From contig JBFMGU010000158.1 in NCBI GenBank assembly GCA_040752415.1, forward strand, positions 1-25,309: a stretch of DNA of 25,309 bases. Reading direction: 5' to 3'. The number at the start of each line of letters is the position of its first letter. Positions within the stretch are counted from its first letter, which is position 1. Under the pieces are notes generated by a model. That model did no database searches and was not told the DNA's origin. It saw only the letters and a program-made list of their open reading frames with translations. The translations under genes and the position numbers were made by a program. This DNA comes from Myxococcota bacterium. GTDB lineage: Bacteria > Myxococcota > JACRCW01. Positions 10,563-18,678 of the stretch are shown here, piece after piece.

Positions 10563-10737
10563 GTGGGGGGAAGGCTGGCGTCACGGGGCAATCCGTGAAG
10601 GCGCGAGCTCTTTCCGACGAGAAAAATGGCCCAGGCCCCAAGGCGTGCCGAGCGCAACGGCTTGAACGTGGGGGGTTGGGTGTTCGCCGGCCCCGCCGTC
10701 ACGGGCGGATTGGTGCCCACGCAGGCCTTGCCCTTGC
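10563..10737 (+). ncRNA. Candidate rod-shaped structured RNA, family unassigned
   Basis: Nested complementarity read by eye: 10565-10581/10719-10735, 10593-10603/10694-10704, 10629-10633/10677-10681, 10647-10650/10658-10661. Lies between convergent genes. Confidence 0.4.
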
Positions 10738-10870
10738 CGCACCGAGGGCCCCGGCCGCGCCTCCTCATGCCTGGGAGTGGCGCAGGTCGCGAACAAGCTG
10801 GATGTGACCTCACCGACGCGCGGACATCCGTGGGTGATGCATCGCTCGCCGCGCCCATCGGGCGTGCCGC

Positions 10871-12151
10871 TCAGTGCTCGACGATCTTGAACTCGACGCG
10901 GCGGTTGAGCGCCTTGCCCTTGGCGGTCTTGTTGGACGCAATGGGCCGCGTCTCACCAAAGCCCACCGACTCCAGCGCGTCGGGCGAGACGCCTTCCCGC
11001 TGGATCAGGTGCATGCGCACCGCGTCCGCGCGGGACTGCGAGAGCTTGAGGTTCCGCGCGTCGGGGCCGTCGCTGTCCGTGTGGCCCTCAATCAGCACCT
11101 TCTTGTAGCCACCGGACTTGATGGCGTCGGCAACCTGGCGCAGCAGCTCGTTGCTGTCGGGCAGGATCTTCGCCTTGTTCTTGGCAAAGTGGACCTGCTG
11201 CTTGATCTCGATCTTCTCCTTGGTGACGACGATCAGGCTGTACTTCTTGGGACAACCCTGCTCCTCGGCGATGCCGTACTCCTCGGGGCAGCGGTCCACG
11301 TCGTCGCTGATGCCGTCGCCGTCGCGGTCGGTGACCGGGCAGCCGTTGTTGGTGGGCGGGCCCGGGTCATTCGGGCAGCGGTCCACGCCGTCCACCAGGC
11401 CGTCGCCGTCGTTGTCCGGGTCGGGACAGCCGTCCTCATCCATGTGGCCGTCCACGTCCTCCGGGTCCGCCGGGCAGCCGTCCTTCTCGTCCAGGATGCC
11501 GTCGTTGTCGGCGTCACGCGCGGGGCAGCCGTCGCGCTCCGGCAGGCCGGGCTCGTCGGGACACGCGTCGCGGTCATCCTGCACGCCGTCGCCGTCGCGG
11601 TCGGTGACCGGGCAGCCGTGGTTGGCCGCCGGGCCGGGCACGTTGGGACAGGTGTCCTCCGGGTCCAGCACGCCGTCGGCGTCATTGTCCGGCTCCGGAC
11701 AGCCGTCCTCGTCCTGGAACGCGTCGCGGTCCTCGGGCTCCACCGGGCACTGATCAACGTCGTCGGTGATGCCGTCGCCGTCCTGGTCGGTCTTCTCCAC
11801 GCGGATGACCACCGGCTTGTCCGCCTCCTTGATCAGCACGCGCTTGGGCCCGCACCCCTCGCTGTTCTGCAGCGCGGCCTGCGCGTTCTCCTGCGCCACC
11901 TGCAGGTGCTCATTGGCCTTGGTGAAGTTGCCCTGGTCCAGCTCCGCGTCGGCAAAGTCCGCGTGCGCCTCCGCCAACGCCAGCTCGCGCGGGCTGCAGC
12001 GCATGGCCCCGGAGGCGCGCGCCTTGTCCGTGTCCCGACGGACGGATTTCAGCTCGGTCTTCACCTGCGGGCCGGTGAGACACGCGCTCCCAAACGCGAG
12101 GGGAAGCGCCAGGAGGAAGCGCGCGGCAAGACGGGCAGTCTGGTGCGTCAT
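10871..12151 (-). CDS. Lipoprotein with DUF4398-like helical domain, thrombospondin type-3-like Ca-binding repeats and OmpA-like peptidoglycan-binding domain
   Basis: Signal peptide ending FGSA-C; repeated DxDxDG..D..D.CP; C-terminal IEGHTDS...NLKLSQSRA...NRRVEF. Confidence 0.92.
   Translation of the reverse strand: MTHQTARLAARFLLALPLAFGSACLTGPQVKTELKSVRRDTDKARASGAMRCSPRELALAEAHADFADAELDQGNFTKANEHLQVAQENAQAALQNSEGCGPKRVLIKEADKPVVIRVEKTDQDGDGITDDVDQCPVEPEDRDAFQDEDGCPEPDNDADGVLDPEDTCPNVPGPAANHGCPVTDRDGDGVQDDRDACPDEPGLPERDGCPARDADNDGILDEKDGCPADPEDVDGHMDEDGCPDPDNDGDGLVDGVDRCPNDPGPPTNNGCPVTDRDGDGISDDVDRCPEEYGIAEEQGCPKKYSLIVVTKEKIEIKQQVHFAKNKAKILPDSNELLRQVADAIKSGGYKKVLIEGHTDSDGPDARNLKLSQSRADAVRMHLIQREGVSPDALESVGFGETRPIASNKTAKGKALNRRVEFKIVEH
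11243..11788 (-). repeat. TSP3-like repeat tract built from two 91-codon units
   Basis: Six DxDxDG...CP modules; an identical 35-nt segment at 11312-11346 and 11585-11619 (offset 273 nt). Confidence 0.85.
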
Positions 12152-12684
12152 CGCGGGGTGCCCGGGGCGGGGGTGGGAGAGGGCTCAGGGGAAGGCTGCG
12201 CTTCGGGCGTCCGCTTGATGATGATCGGCGGACGACGCGCCGGCGTTCCGCTGTCCTGCGGAGGAGGCTGCGTGCTCGACGGAGCGGGCTGCGCCTGGGG
12301 AGCGGGCGCGGGCTCGGTGGGCTGCGGCGCGGGCGCGGCGGGCGCGGGCTCCTCGGGGGCCGGCTGGCCCTCGGTGCGCGTGGGACCGGAGGGGGTCAGC
12401 GGCTTGTTGGCGTCCAGCGCCTTCTTGCGGGCCTTCTGCGCGCGCTCGGTGGCAATGCGCGCGAAGCGCAGGCTGTGCTCGTAGTCTGCGTAGCTGTGCG
12501 CCTCACGGGCCTTGGCCAGGTAGGCCTCCGCGGAGACGTACTCATACGTGGCCAGGTTCTCGGCGTTGGCGGCCTTGGCACCGGCCAACGCCAGTTGCCC
12601 CTGGATGATGTACGCCGTGGTGATGGCCCCACCGCAGCCAGCAGTGGCGACCAGCAGAGCCGTCAGCAGAAGCACGCGTGGCAT
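12148..12684 (-). CDS. DUF4398-like lipoprotein with Pro/Ala/Gln-rich tail
   Basis: MPRVLLLTALLVATAG-C lipobox; ATYEYVSAEAYLAKARE helical motif; ATGA overlap with the downstream OmpA-domain gene. Confidence 0.8.
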   Translation of the reverse strand: MPRVLLLTALLVATAGCGGAITTAYIIQGQLALAGAKAANAENLATYEYVSAEAYLAKAREAHSYADYEHSLRFARIATERAQKARKKALDANKPLTPSGPTRTEGQPAPEEPAPAAPAPQPTEPAPAPQAQPAPSSTQPPPQDSGTPARRPPIIIKRTPEAQPSPEPSPTPAPGTPR

Positions 12685-12788
12685 GGCGGCAGCTCTAGCA
12701 GCGCCCGTCCACGACGCACAAGCCCGCCACCAACACCGGTTCTCCGCCGCTGGCGCGCCGACCGCAGACCGGGGCAAAAGGGAGCGTC

Positions 12789-14789
12789 GTGTCCACCAGC
12801 GCGTCATCCCTGCTTGCCCCCAACGGACGGGTGGCCCTGCGTCTGAAGCAGCCGGAGGTGCGCCCCTCGCAGCTGGCCATGGCCGACGCCGTGGCGGAAG
12901 CGCTGGGGCAGCCGGGCGCGCGGCTGGTGGTGGAGGCGCCCACGGGGACAGGCAAGAGCCTGGCGTACCTGTGTGCCGCGGCGGCGGCGCGGAGGCCGGG
13001 GCTGGGCCGACCGCTGCGCGTGGTGGTGGCGACGGGAACCAAGGCCCTGCAGGACCAGCTGGCGCAGCAGGATGCGCCGCGCCTGGTGGCGGCGTTGATG
13101 GGCTCGCCGCTGCCGGTGCCCGTCGTGGAGGTGGTGAAGGGCCGACGGAACTACCTGTGCAAGCTGCGCATGACGGCGTGGCAGCCGCCGCTGGGGCTGG
13201 ATCCCGTCGTGGCCGCGCAGGTGCGCAACTTGCGCGAGTGGGCGGGCGTCACGGAGGTGGGCGACCGGGCCGAGATGCGCGGGTTTCCCGAGGACAGCCC
13301 GATGTGGTCGGAGCTGGATGCCGACGCGGACGCGTGCCTGGGGCAGACCTGCAGCCACTACCAGGAGTGCTTCATCACGCAGCTCCGGCAACGCGCGCGT
13401 GAGGCGCACATCATCATCACCAACCACCACCTCCTCTGCTCCGACCTGCGCCTGCGACTCACCGAGGCGGGCCCGGAAGCGCGCGTGCTCCCGCCGTGGG
13501 ACGCGCTGATCATCGACGAGGCGCACAAGCTCCCCACCACGGCGGCAGGCCACTTCGGGATGAGCGTGACGCCGGGGCGGGTGGATGCGCTGTGTCGCGA
13601 CGCGCTGCGCATGCTGGATTCCCCGACGGACGCCCAGGCCCTGCGCGGCGCGGTGATTGCGCTGCAACGCGAGGCGGCCGTGTTCTTCCACGCCATCCAC
13701 GCGGCCATGGGCCAGGTTCTCGACGGAGCGCGCGTCTTGTTCCGCACTCCCGAGCATCCCGCGTGCGCCCAGGCCGCGGCGCGGATGGAGGCGGGGATTG
13801 AGGGCGTGGTGGACCAGGTGGAGGCGTGGCGCGCGGTGGAACGTGCCAAGCCCGCGGAGTGCGACGCCATTGTCCGGCGCGCGCGGATGCTGCACACGGA
13901 GCTGCACCACATCACCGCGGCCTCCGACGACAGGTTCGCCTTCTGTGCCGAGAAGCGTGGGGCGCGCGGCTGGCTGATGGCCTTCCCCGCGGACGTGGCC
14001 GACGTGTTGCGCCAGACCATGCTCGCCGGTGCGGAGCCCGTGGTGTTCACCAGCGCCACCCTGGCCGTGGCGGGGGACTTCAGCGGTTTCTGCTCGGACG
14101 TGGGTCTGCACAACCACCCCGACGTGCGGACCATGGTGCTGCCCAGCCCGTTCTCGTCGGAGCAGGCGGCGCTGTACATCCCGCGTGATCTGCCCGACCC
14201 CGACAGCCCCGACTTCCCCGCACGGGCCGCGGCGCGCGCGGTGGAGCTGGTGCAGCTCAGCGGCGGCGGAGCGTTCATGTTGTGCACCACCACCCGCGCC
14301 GTGGGGACGTACGCGCGTGCGTTGCAGGAGGCGCTCCCCCGGATGCTGGTGCTGAAACAAGGAGAAAGCTCCAAGCAGGACCTGCTGGAGCGCTTCAAGG
14401 ACGACGGCGACGCGGTCCTGGTGGCCACGCACAGCTTCTGGGAAGGTGTCGACGTGCGGGGCAGGGCGCTGCGCCTGGTCATGGTGGACAAGCTGCCCTT
14501 TGCGCCGCCCTCCGACCCGCTGGTGTCCACGCGCATGGAGCGCGCACGTCGTCAGGGACGGGACCCGTTCTACGACGTTCAGCTGGCCGACGCGGTGACG
14601 TCGCTGCGCCAGGGCTTGGGCCGCCTGCTGCGCTCCCGCGAGGACCTGGGCCTGCTGTGTGTGATGGATGCGCGGTTGCTCCGTCGGGGATACGGGCGCC
14701 GGGTCATTGCCGCGCTGGGGGAGCACCGCCTCTTGACGACGTGGGAAGACGTCGAGGAGGCCGCGCCCGCGTTGGGGCTGGACGGGTGA
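12789..14789 (+). CDS. DinG/YoaA-family Fe-S ATP-dependent DNA helicase
   Basis: Q motif (RPSQ), EAPTGTGKS, KGRRNYLC plus C...C...C Fe-S ligands, IIDEAH, TSATL, FWEGVDV, QGLGRLLR. Confidence 0.95.
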   Translation: MSTSASSLLAPNGRVALRLKQPEVRPSQLAMADAVAEALGQPGARLVVEAPTGTGKSLAYLCAAAAARRPGLGRPLRVVVATGTKALQDQLAQQDAPRLVAALMGSPLPVPVVEVVKGRRNYLCKLRMTAWQPPLGLDPVVAAQVRNLREWAGVTEVGDRAEMRGFPEDSPMWSELDADADACLGQTCSHYQECFITQLRQRAREAHIIITNHHLLCSDLRLRLTEAGPEARVLPPWDALIIDEAHKLPTTAAGHFGMSVTPGRVDALCRDALRMLDSPTDAQALRGAVIALQREAAVFFHAIHAAMGQVLDGARVLFRTPEHPACAQAAARMEAGIEGVVDQVEAWRAVERAKPAECDAIVRRARMLHTELHHITAASDDRFAFCAEKRGARGWLMAFPADVADVLRQTMLAGAEPVVFTSATLAVAGDFSGFCSDVGLHNHPDVRTMVLPSPFSSEQAALYIPRDLPDPDSPDFPARAAARAVELVQLSGGGAFMLCTTTRAVGTYARALQEALPRMLVLKQGESSKQDLLERFKDDGDAVLVATHSFWEGVDVRGRALRLVMVDKLPFAPPSDPLVSTRMERARRQGRDPFYDVQLADAVTSLRQGLGRLLRSREDLGLLCVMDARLLRRGYGRRVIAALGEHRLLTTWEDVEEAAPALGLDG

Positions 14790-16472
14790 TCACCACACTT
14801 CGCGGATGGCGTGGTTGGCCGTGTCGGCGAGGTAGAGGTGGCCCTCGTGGATCTGGATGGTGGTGGGGCTGTTGAGCAAGGCCGCATCCGCCGCGCCGAG
14901 ATCGCCGCTGTCGCCGGGGGCGCCGGTGCCCGCACGCGTGCTGATGGTCTGGTCCCCACTGCTGATGCGACGGATGCGGTGCTCCGTGGGGATGCTCAGG
15001 AACAGGTCGCCCGCGCCGTCCAACGCCAGCAGCGGCGCCGAGGGGATGCCGGCATCCAGCGCGGAAATCCCGTCGTCGGAGCTGCCCAGGTAGCTCCCGG
15101 CAACGCGGGTGAGCGTGCCGCCGCCGTCGCGCTTCATCACCAGTGGCAAGGCCGCCTGGCCCGGGCCGATCTCGTTCCCGCACATGTGCACGCTGAGATA
15201 CGCGTTGTCGTTTGCGTCGAACACCACCTGGCAGGCGTGCGGTTCCAGGCAGCCGTAGAACGTGGCGCCCACCGACGTGCAGTCCACCTCCAGCGGCGCT
15301 TCCATCCACGTCGAGATGAGCCCGGAGGTGAGGTCCACCCGTCGGATGCGGTGGCGGTTGGGCTCCGTGATGTACAGGTGCCCGTTGGCCACGGTGAGGT
15401 GCGTGGGGTGTTCCAGGTGGGCGTCGCGGGCCTGGCCGCCATCTCCGTTGTTGGGCTGGTCCGTGCTTCCTCCCCCCGCGAACGTGGTGATCACCCCGGT
15501 GCCCAGGTCCACCGCGCGGACCACGTCGTGGTTGCTGTCGGCGATGTAGAGCGTGTTTCCGTTGTGGCTGAGCGCAAGTCCCGTGGGGCCGTCCAACGTG
15601 GCGTCGACGGCGGGGCCGTTGTCTCCCGGCGCGCCGGTGCCACCGCCAGCAACGAGGGTGAGGATCCCGCCCGGGTCCAGCTTGAAGACGCGTGAGGCGC
15701 CGCCATTGGCACCCTGGCTGAGAAAGACTGAGCGGTCCGACGCCACCACGATCCCCCACGGAGCCACGAGCCGCGCCGCGACGCCCGGGCCGGGAAGGTC
15801 TGACTCCCCCGACGTGTGATCCGCGTTCACCAGCGTGATGATGGTTCCGTACGGCGGCTCGGCCACGTCGGGGCGGTAGGGGCTCAGGCCGCCCAGGAGG
15901 TGGTACGCGGTGAGCTCGTACGTGCCCGGGGTGCGACCCACGCGGCCACGCAACGTCACACGCCCGTTCTCGTCGGTGACGTCGGAGGTGGGGAAGACGG
16001 AGGTGCCGCTGGAGCCCGCGAATCCCACGGTGGCGCCGGCAACGGGCTGGCCCGCCTGGTCCTTCAGCTGGAAGACCACGGAGATGGGGCTGGTGATGAC
16101 CGGTTCCAGCGGCTGCGCGTCGACGACGAGGAGGCTGCCCCCACCCGACGAGGATGCGCTCGAGGTCGACGACGCGCCGCTGGAGCCTCCCGACGACGAG
16201 GTCACGCTGCTCGAGGAGGATGTGCTGCCCGTCCCGCCCGACGACGTGCTGCTCGAGGACGACGTGGAAGCACCGCTGGAGGAGCTGGACGAGGACGCGG
16301 ATGACGACGTTGAAGACGATGACGACGACGTTTCCCGGAGCACGCAGCGGTTCTCCATGCACTGGTGCGTCGAGGTGCACTCGGCATCCACCTGGCAGGT
16401 GTAGCGGAGCTGCGGCCCGCACGCGGTAAGGAGCAATCCCGCTGAGAAGAGCGCCAACCCACGAGTGTCCAC
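14790..16472 (-). CDS. Surface lipoprotein: Cys-rich module, Ser-rich linker, Ig-like domain, NHL (teneurin-like) beta-propeller
   Basis: LLLTA-C lipobox; CQVDAEC..HQC..NRC; poly-Ser linker; VFQLKDQAGQPVAGATVGF (Big_1-like); repeated GD.G.A..A.L..P....LYIAD..NH.IR. Confidence 0.85.
   Translation of the reverse strand: MDTRGLALFSAGLLLTACGPQLRYTCQVDAECTSTHQCMENRCVLRETSSSSSSTSSSASSSSSSSGASTSSSSSTSSGGTGSTSSSSSVTSSSGGSSGASSTSSASSSGGGSLLVVDAQPLEPVITSPISVVFQLKDQAGQPVAGATVGFAGSSGTSVFPTSDVTDENGRVTLRGRVGRTPGTYELTAYHLLGGLSPYRPDVAEPPYGTIITLVNADHTSGESDLPGPGVAARLVAPWGIVVASDRSVFLSQGANGGASRVFKLDPGGILTLVAGGGTGAPGDNGPAVDATLDGPTGLALSHNGNTLYIADSNHDVVRAVDLGTGVITTFAGGGSTDQPNNGDGGQARDAHLEHPTHLTVANGHLYITEPNRHRIRRVDLTSGLISTWMEAPLEVDCTSVGATFYGCLEPHACQVVFDANDNAYLSVHMCGNEIGPGQAALPLVMKRDGGGTLTRVAGSYLGSSDDGISALDAGIPSAPLLALDGAGDLFLSIPTEHRIRRISSGDQTISTRAGTGAPGDSGDLGAADAALLNSPTTIQIHEGHLYLADTANHAIREVW
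16134..16331 (-). repeat. Low-complexity Ser/Gly/Thr linker-coding tract
   Basis: 66 codons, mostly Ser; appears as GAC/GAG/GAT triplet runs on the + strand. Confidence 0.9.
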
Positions 16473-16520
16473 GTGATCCCCTCGCGACAGGTCCGCGGGA
16501 GGATAGCCGGGATCCGCGCG

Positions 16521-17432
16521 TCAGCGTTGCTTTCCCGTCCCCACCACGGTGTTGCCCTCCATGGCAGCCCAGGCCATGTCGCGATTCGCGGCGGCGCCCC
16601 AGCCGTGTCGGCCCACCGCCAGGATCCCCACGTCCCACTCGCCAGGGAACGACGCCACGTGGCGCTCCGCCGCGGTCTGCGCCGTCATCCCGCGCTCCAT
16701 GAGGTCATGCACGCTCCGCGAGCTGAGTCGACGGGTGAGCTCCTCGCCAATCCCGGTGGCCACCACGGCGCCGTGCGGTCCCACGTAGAACCCGGCGCCG
16801 AACAGTGGCGTGTCGCCCACGCGTCCCAGCAGGCTCCACCCCGTCCCGCCGGTGCTCCCGGCCGCGGCCAGCTTGCCGTTCCCGTCGCGAACCACCGCGC
16901 CCACGGTGTCCCCGCTGGGCGGCGGCAGCTTGAACGGCATGGGCCCCTCGAAGTTCCACAGCTTCTCGACGTCGACACCGGCCCAGCGCGGATCCTCGCG
17001 CAGGCGGGACCACGCGTCCTTCGCGCGCGTTCGACGCTCCTCCGTCCCCAGCTCCTCCTCCTCGATGCCCAGCTTGCGCGCCAACGCCTGCGCTCCAGCT
17101 CCCGTCATGAGCGTGTGGGGACTCCGTCGGACGGCGAGGGCCACGTCCACGGGGTGTCGCACGTTGTGCAGGCCGGCCACCGCGCCACAGCCCTCCTCGT
17201 CGGCCACGCCCGCGTCGACCTGGATGGTCTTCCCGTCCAGGCGGTACACCGCGCCGTAGCCGGCGTTGAAGCGCGGGTCGTCCTCCAGCACGCGCACCGC
17301 GGCCACGGCCGCCAGCAACGCGCCCTCGCCACGGGAGAGGGCCGCCATGGCCGCCTGGCACGCCGCCACGCAGCCGTCGGAATGTTGAGCGCTGGCTCCA
17401 GCGCCGCCGTGGGTCACCACCGTGGGATGCAT
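16521..17432 (-). CDS. Isoaspartyl peptidase / plant-type L-asparaginase (Ntn hydrolase)
   Basis: THGGAG, LEDDPRFNAGYG, autocleavage site GD|TVGAV, STGG, GRVGDTP, ATGIGE. Confidence 0.93.
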   Translation of the reverse strand: MHPTVVTHGGAGASAQHSDGCVAACQAAMAALSRGEGALLAAVAAVRVLEDDPRFNAGYGAVYRLDGKTIQVDAGVADEEGCGAVAGLHNVRHPVDVALAVRRSPHTLMTGAGAQALARKLGIEEEELGTEERRTRAKDAWSRLREDPRWAGVDVEKLWNFEGPMPFKLPPPSGDTVGAVVRDGNGKLAAAGSTGGTGWSLLGRVGDTPLFGAGFYVGPHGAVVATGIGEELTRRLSSRSVHDLMERGMTAQTAAERHVASFPGEWDVGILAVGRHGWGAAANRDMAWAAMEGNTVVGTGKQR

Positions 17433-17535
17433 GCCTGGCCTCCTCGGAGGAAAGCGGTCAGCTCCTGTGTTGCGCCATCAGGTTCTTGACCGTGCGGTTG
17501 TCCCGTTGCTACCCGCCTCTAACACGCCTCGCGCC

Positions 17536-18678
17536 ATGTCTGACCAGCATTCCTCCCTGGACCCCATCCCGCGCATCCGCGGCACCCACGCGCGCGTGGA
17601 CCTGTCCGCCCTGCGCAACAACTTCCAGACGCTGCGTGAGCGGTTGGGCACGCGGGAGATCCTCTGCGTCATCAAGGCCGACGCCTACGGCCTGGGCGCC
17701 GTCCCCGTGGCCCGCGCGCTGGAGCCCCATGACGTGGCCATGTTCGGCGTGGCGCTCGTCGAGGAGGGCTTGGCGCTGCGGCGCGGTGGCGTGCGCAAGC
17801 CGGTGCTGGTGCTGGGCGGGACGCTTGGCGGCGGATACCGGGAGATGGTGGCGCATGACCTGACGCCGGTGGTGTTCACGCGGGAGCACGTGCAGAGCCT
17901 CTCGTCGGCGGCGGGCGGACGGACCATTCCGGTGCACCTCAAGGTCGACACGGGCATGAATCGCCTCGGCGTCGCCGTCGACGAGCTGGACAGCTTCCTG
18001 GACGCGCTCGTCGCTGCGCGCAATCTGCAGGTGGACGGGTTCATGAGCCACCTGGCCAACGCCGACGAGCCCGGCCACCCCCTCAACGAGCGCCAGGTGG
18101 AGCGTTTCCGTGCGGCACTGTCCCGCCTGGAAGCCCGCGGCATCCGCCCGCGACGAATCCACCTCTCCAACAGCGCGGGCACGCTCACGCGTCCGTCGCT
18201 GGGAGAGACCATGGTGCGGCCGGGACTGCTCCTCTACGGGCTCTCGCCCATGGGGCCGGGGCGGATGGAGGAGGGGCTGAGGCCGGTGCTGACGTGGTGC
18301 GCGCAGGTGGTGCAGGTGCGTGACATCCCCGCCGGCACCGACGTCTCCTATGGCGGCGTGTGGACCAGCCAGCGCGCCAGTCGGATTGCCACCGTCTCCG
18401 TCGGGTACGCGGATGGTTACCCCCGGCTGCTCAGCAACAAGGGCGTCATGCTGGTGCGGGGCAAGCGCGCGCCAGTGGTGGGAAGGGTGTGCATGGACCT
18501 ATGCATGCTGGACGTCACGGAGATCCCGGAGGTCCGGGCCGGGGATGAGGTGGTGATCTTGGGCAGCCAGGGCGGCCAGCACATCAGCGCGCACGAGGTT
18601 GCCGAGATGGCCAGCACCATCCCGTGGGAGATCCTGTGTGGGATCTCGTCGCGTGTGCCGCGGGAGTACACGCCATGA
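17536..18678 (+). CDS. alr: Alanine racemase
   Basis: VIKADAYGLG (PLP lysine), HLKVDTGMNRLG, VRPG, VSYG (catalytic Tyr), GYADG, GRVCMD. Confidence 0.96.
   Translation: MSDQHSSLDPIPRIRGTHARVDLSALRNNFQTLRERLGTREILCVIKADAYGLGAVPVARALEPHDVAMFGVALVEEGLALRRGGVRKPVLVLGGTLGGGYREMVAHDLTPVVFTREHVQSLSSAAGGRTIPVHLKVDTGMNRLGVAVDELDSFLDALVAARNLQVDGFMSHLANADEPGHPLNERQVERFRAALSRLEARGIRPRRIHLSNSAGTLTRPSLGETMVRPGLLLYGLSPMGPGRMEEGLRPVLTWCAQVVQVRDIPAGTDVSYGGVWTSQRASRIATVSVGYADGYPRLLSNKGVMLVRGKRAPVVGRVCMDLCMLDVTEIPEVRAGDEVVILGSQGGQHISAHEVAEMASTIPWEILCGISSRVPREYTP

Noticed and set aside
10538..10870. RNase P, tmRNA, SRP, c-di-GMP riboswitch or retron msr-msd in the structured gap
   Set aside because: I could not find their hallmark motifs (GAGGAAAGUCC, tRNA-like ends, SRP helix-8 GGAA/AGCAG, GEMM core), and there is no reverse transcriptase in the window.
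10581..11108. Small ORFs in the structured gap (10581-10796, 10595-10807, 10626-11108)
   Set aside because: No convincing ribosome-binding sites, motifs or codon bias, and one runs antisense into the OmpA-domain gene. A small peptide cannot be fully excluded.
10871..12684. TraA/TraB kin-recognition pair
   Set aside because: TSP3+OmpA resembles the TraB C-terminus, but there is no beta-barrel, and the partner lacks the PA14-like domain, Cys-rich repeats and MYXO-CTERM of TraA.
12789..14789. DinG as a type IV CRISPR (CasDinG) or defence helicase
   Set aside because: No cas genes or array nearby; it has the Fe-S cysteines and length of the housekeeping YoaA/DinG type.
15910..16404. Highly acidic (D/E-rich) + strand ORF
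   Set aside because: It is the reverse complement of the poly-Ser linker codons in the NHL lipoprotein.
17486..17515. TTGACC-18nt-TACCCG as the alr promoter
   Set aside because: The -10 match is weak (lacks the final T); plausible but not supportable from sequence alone.
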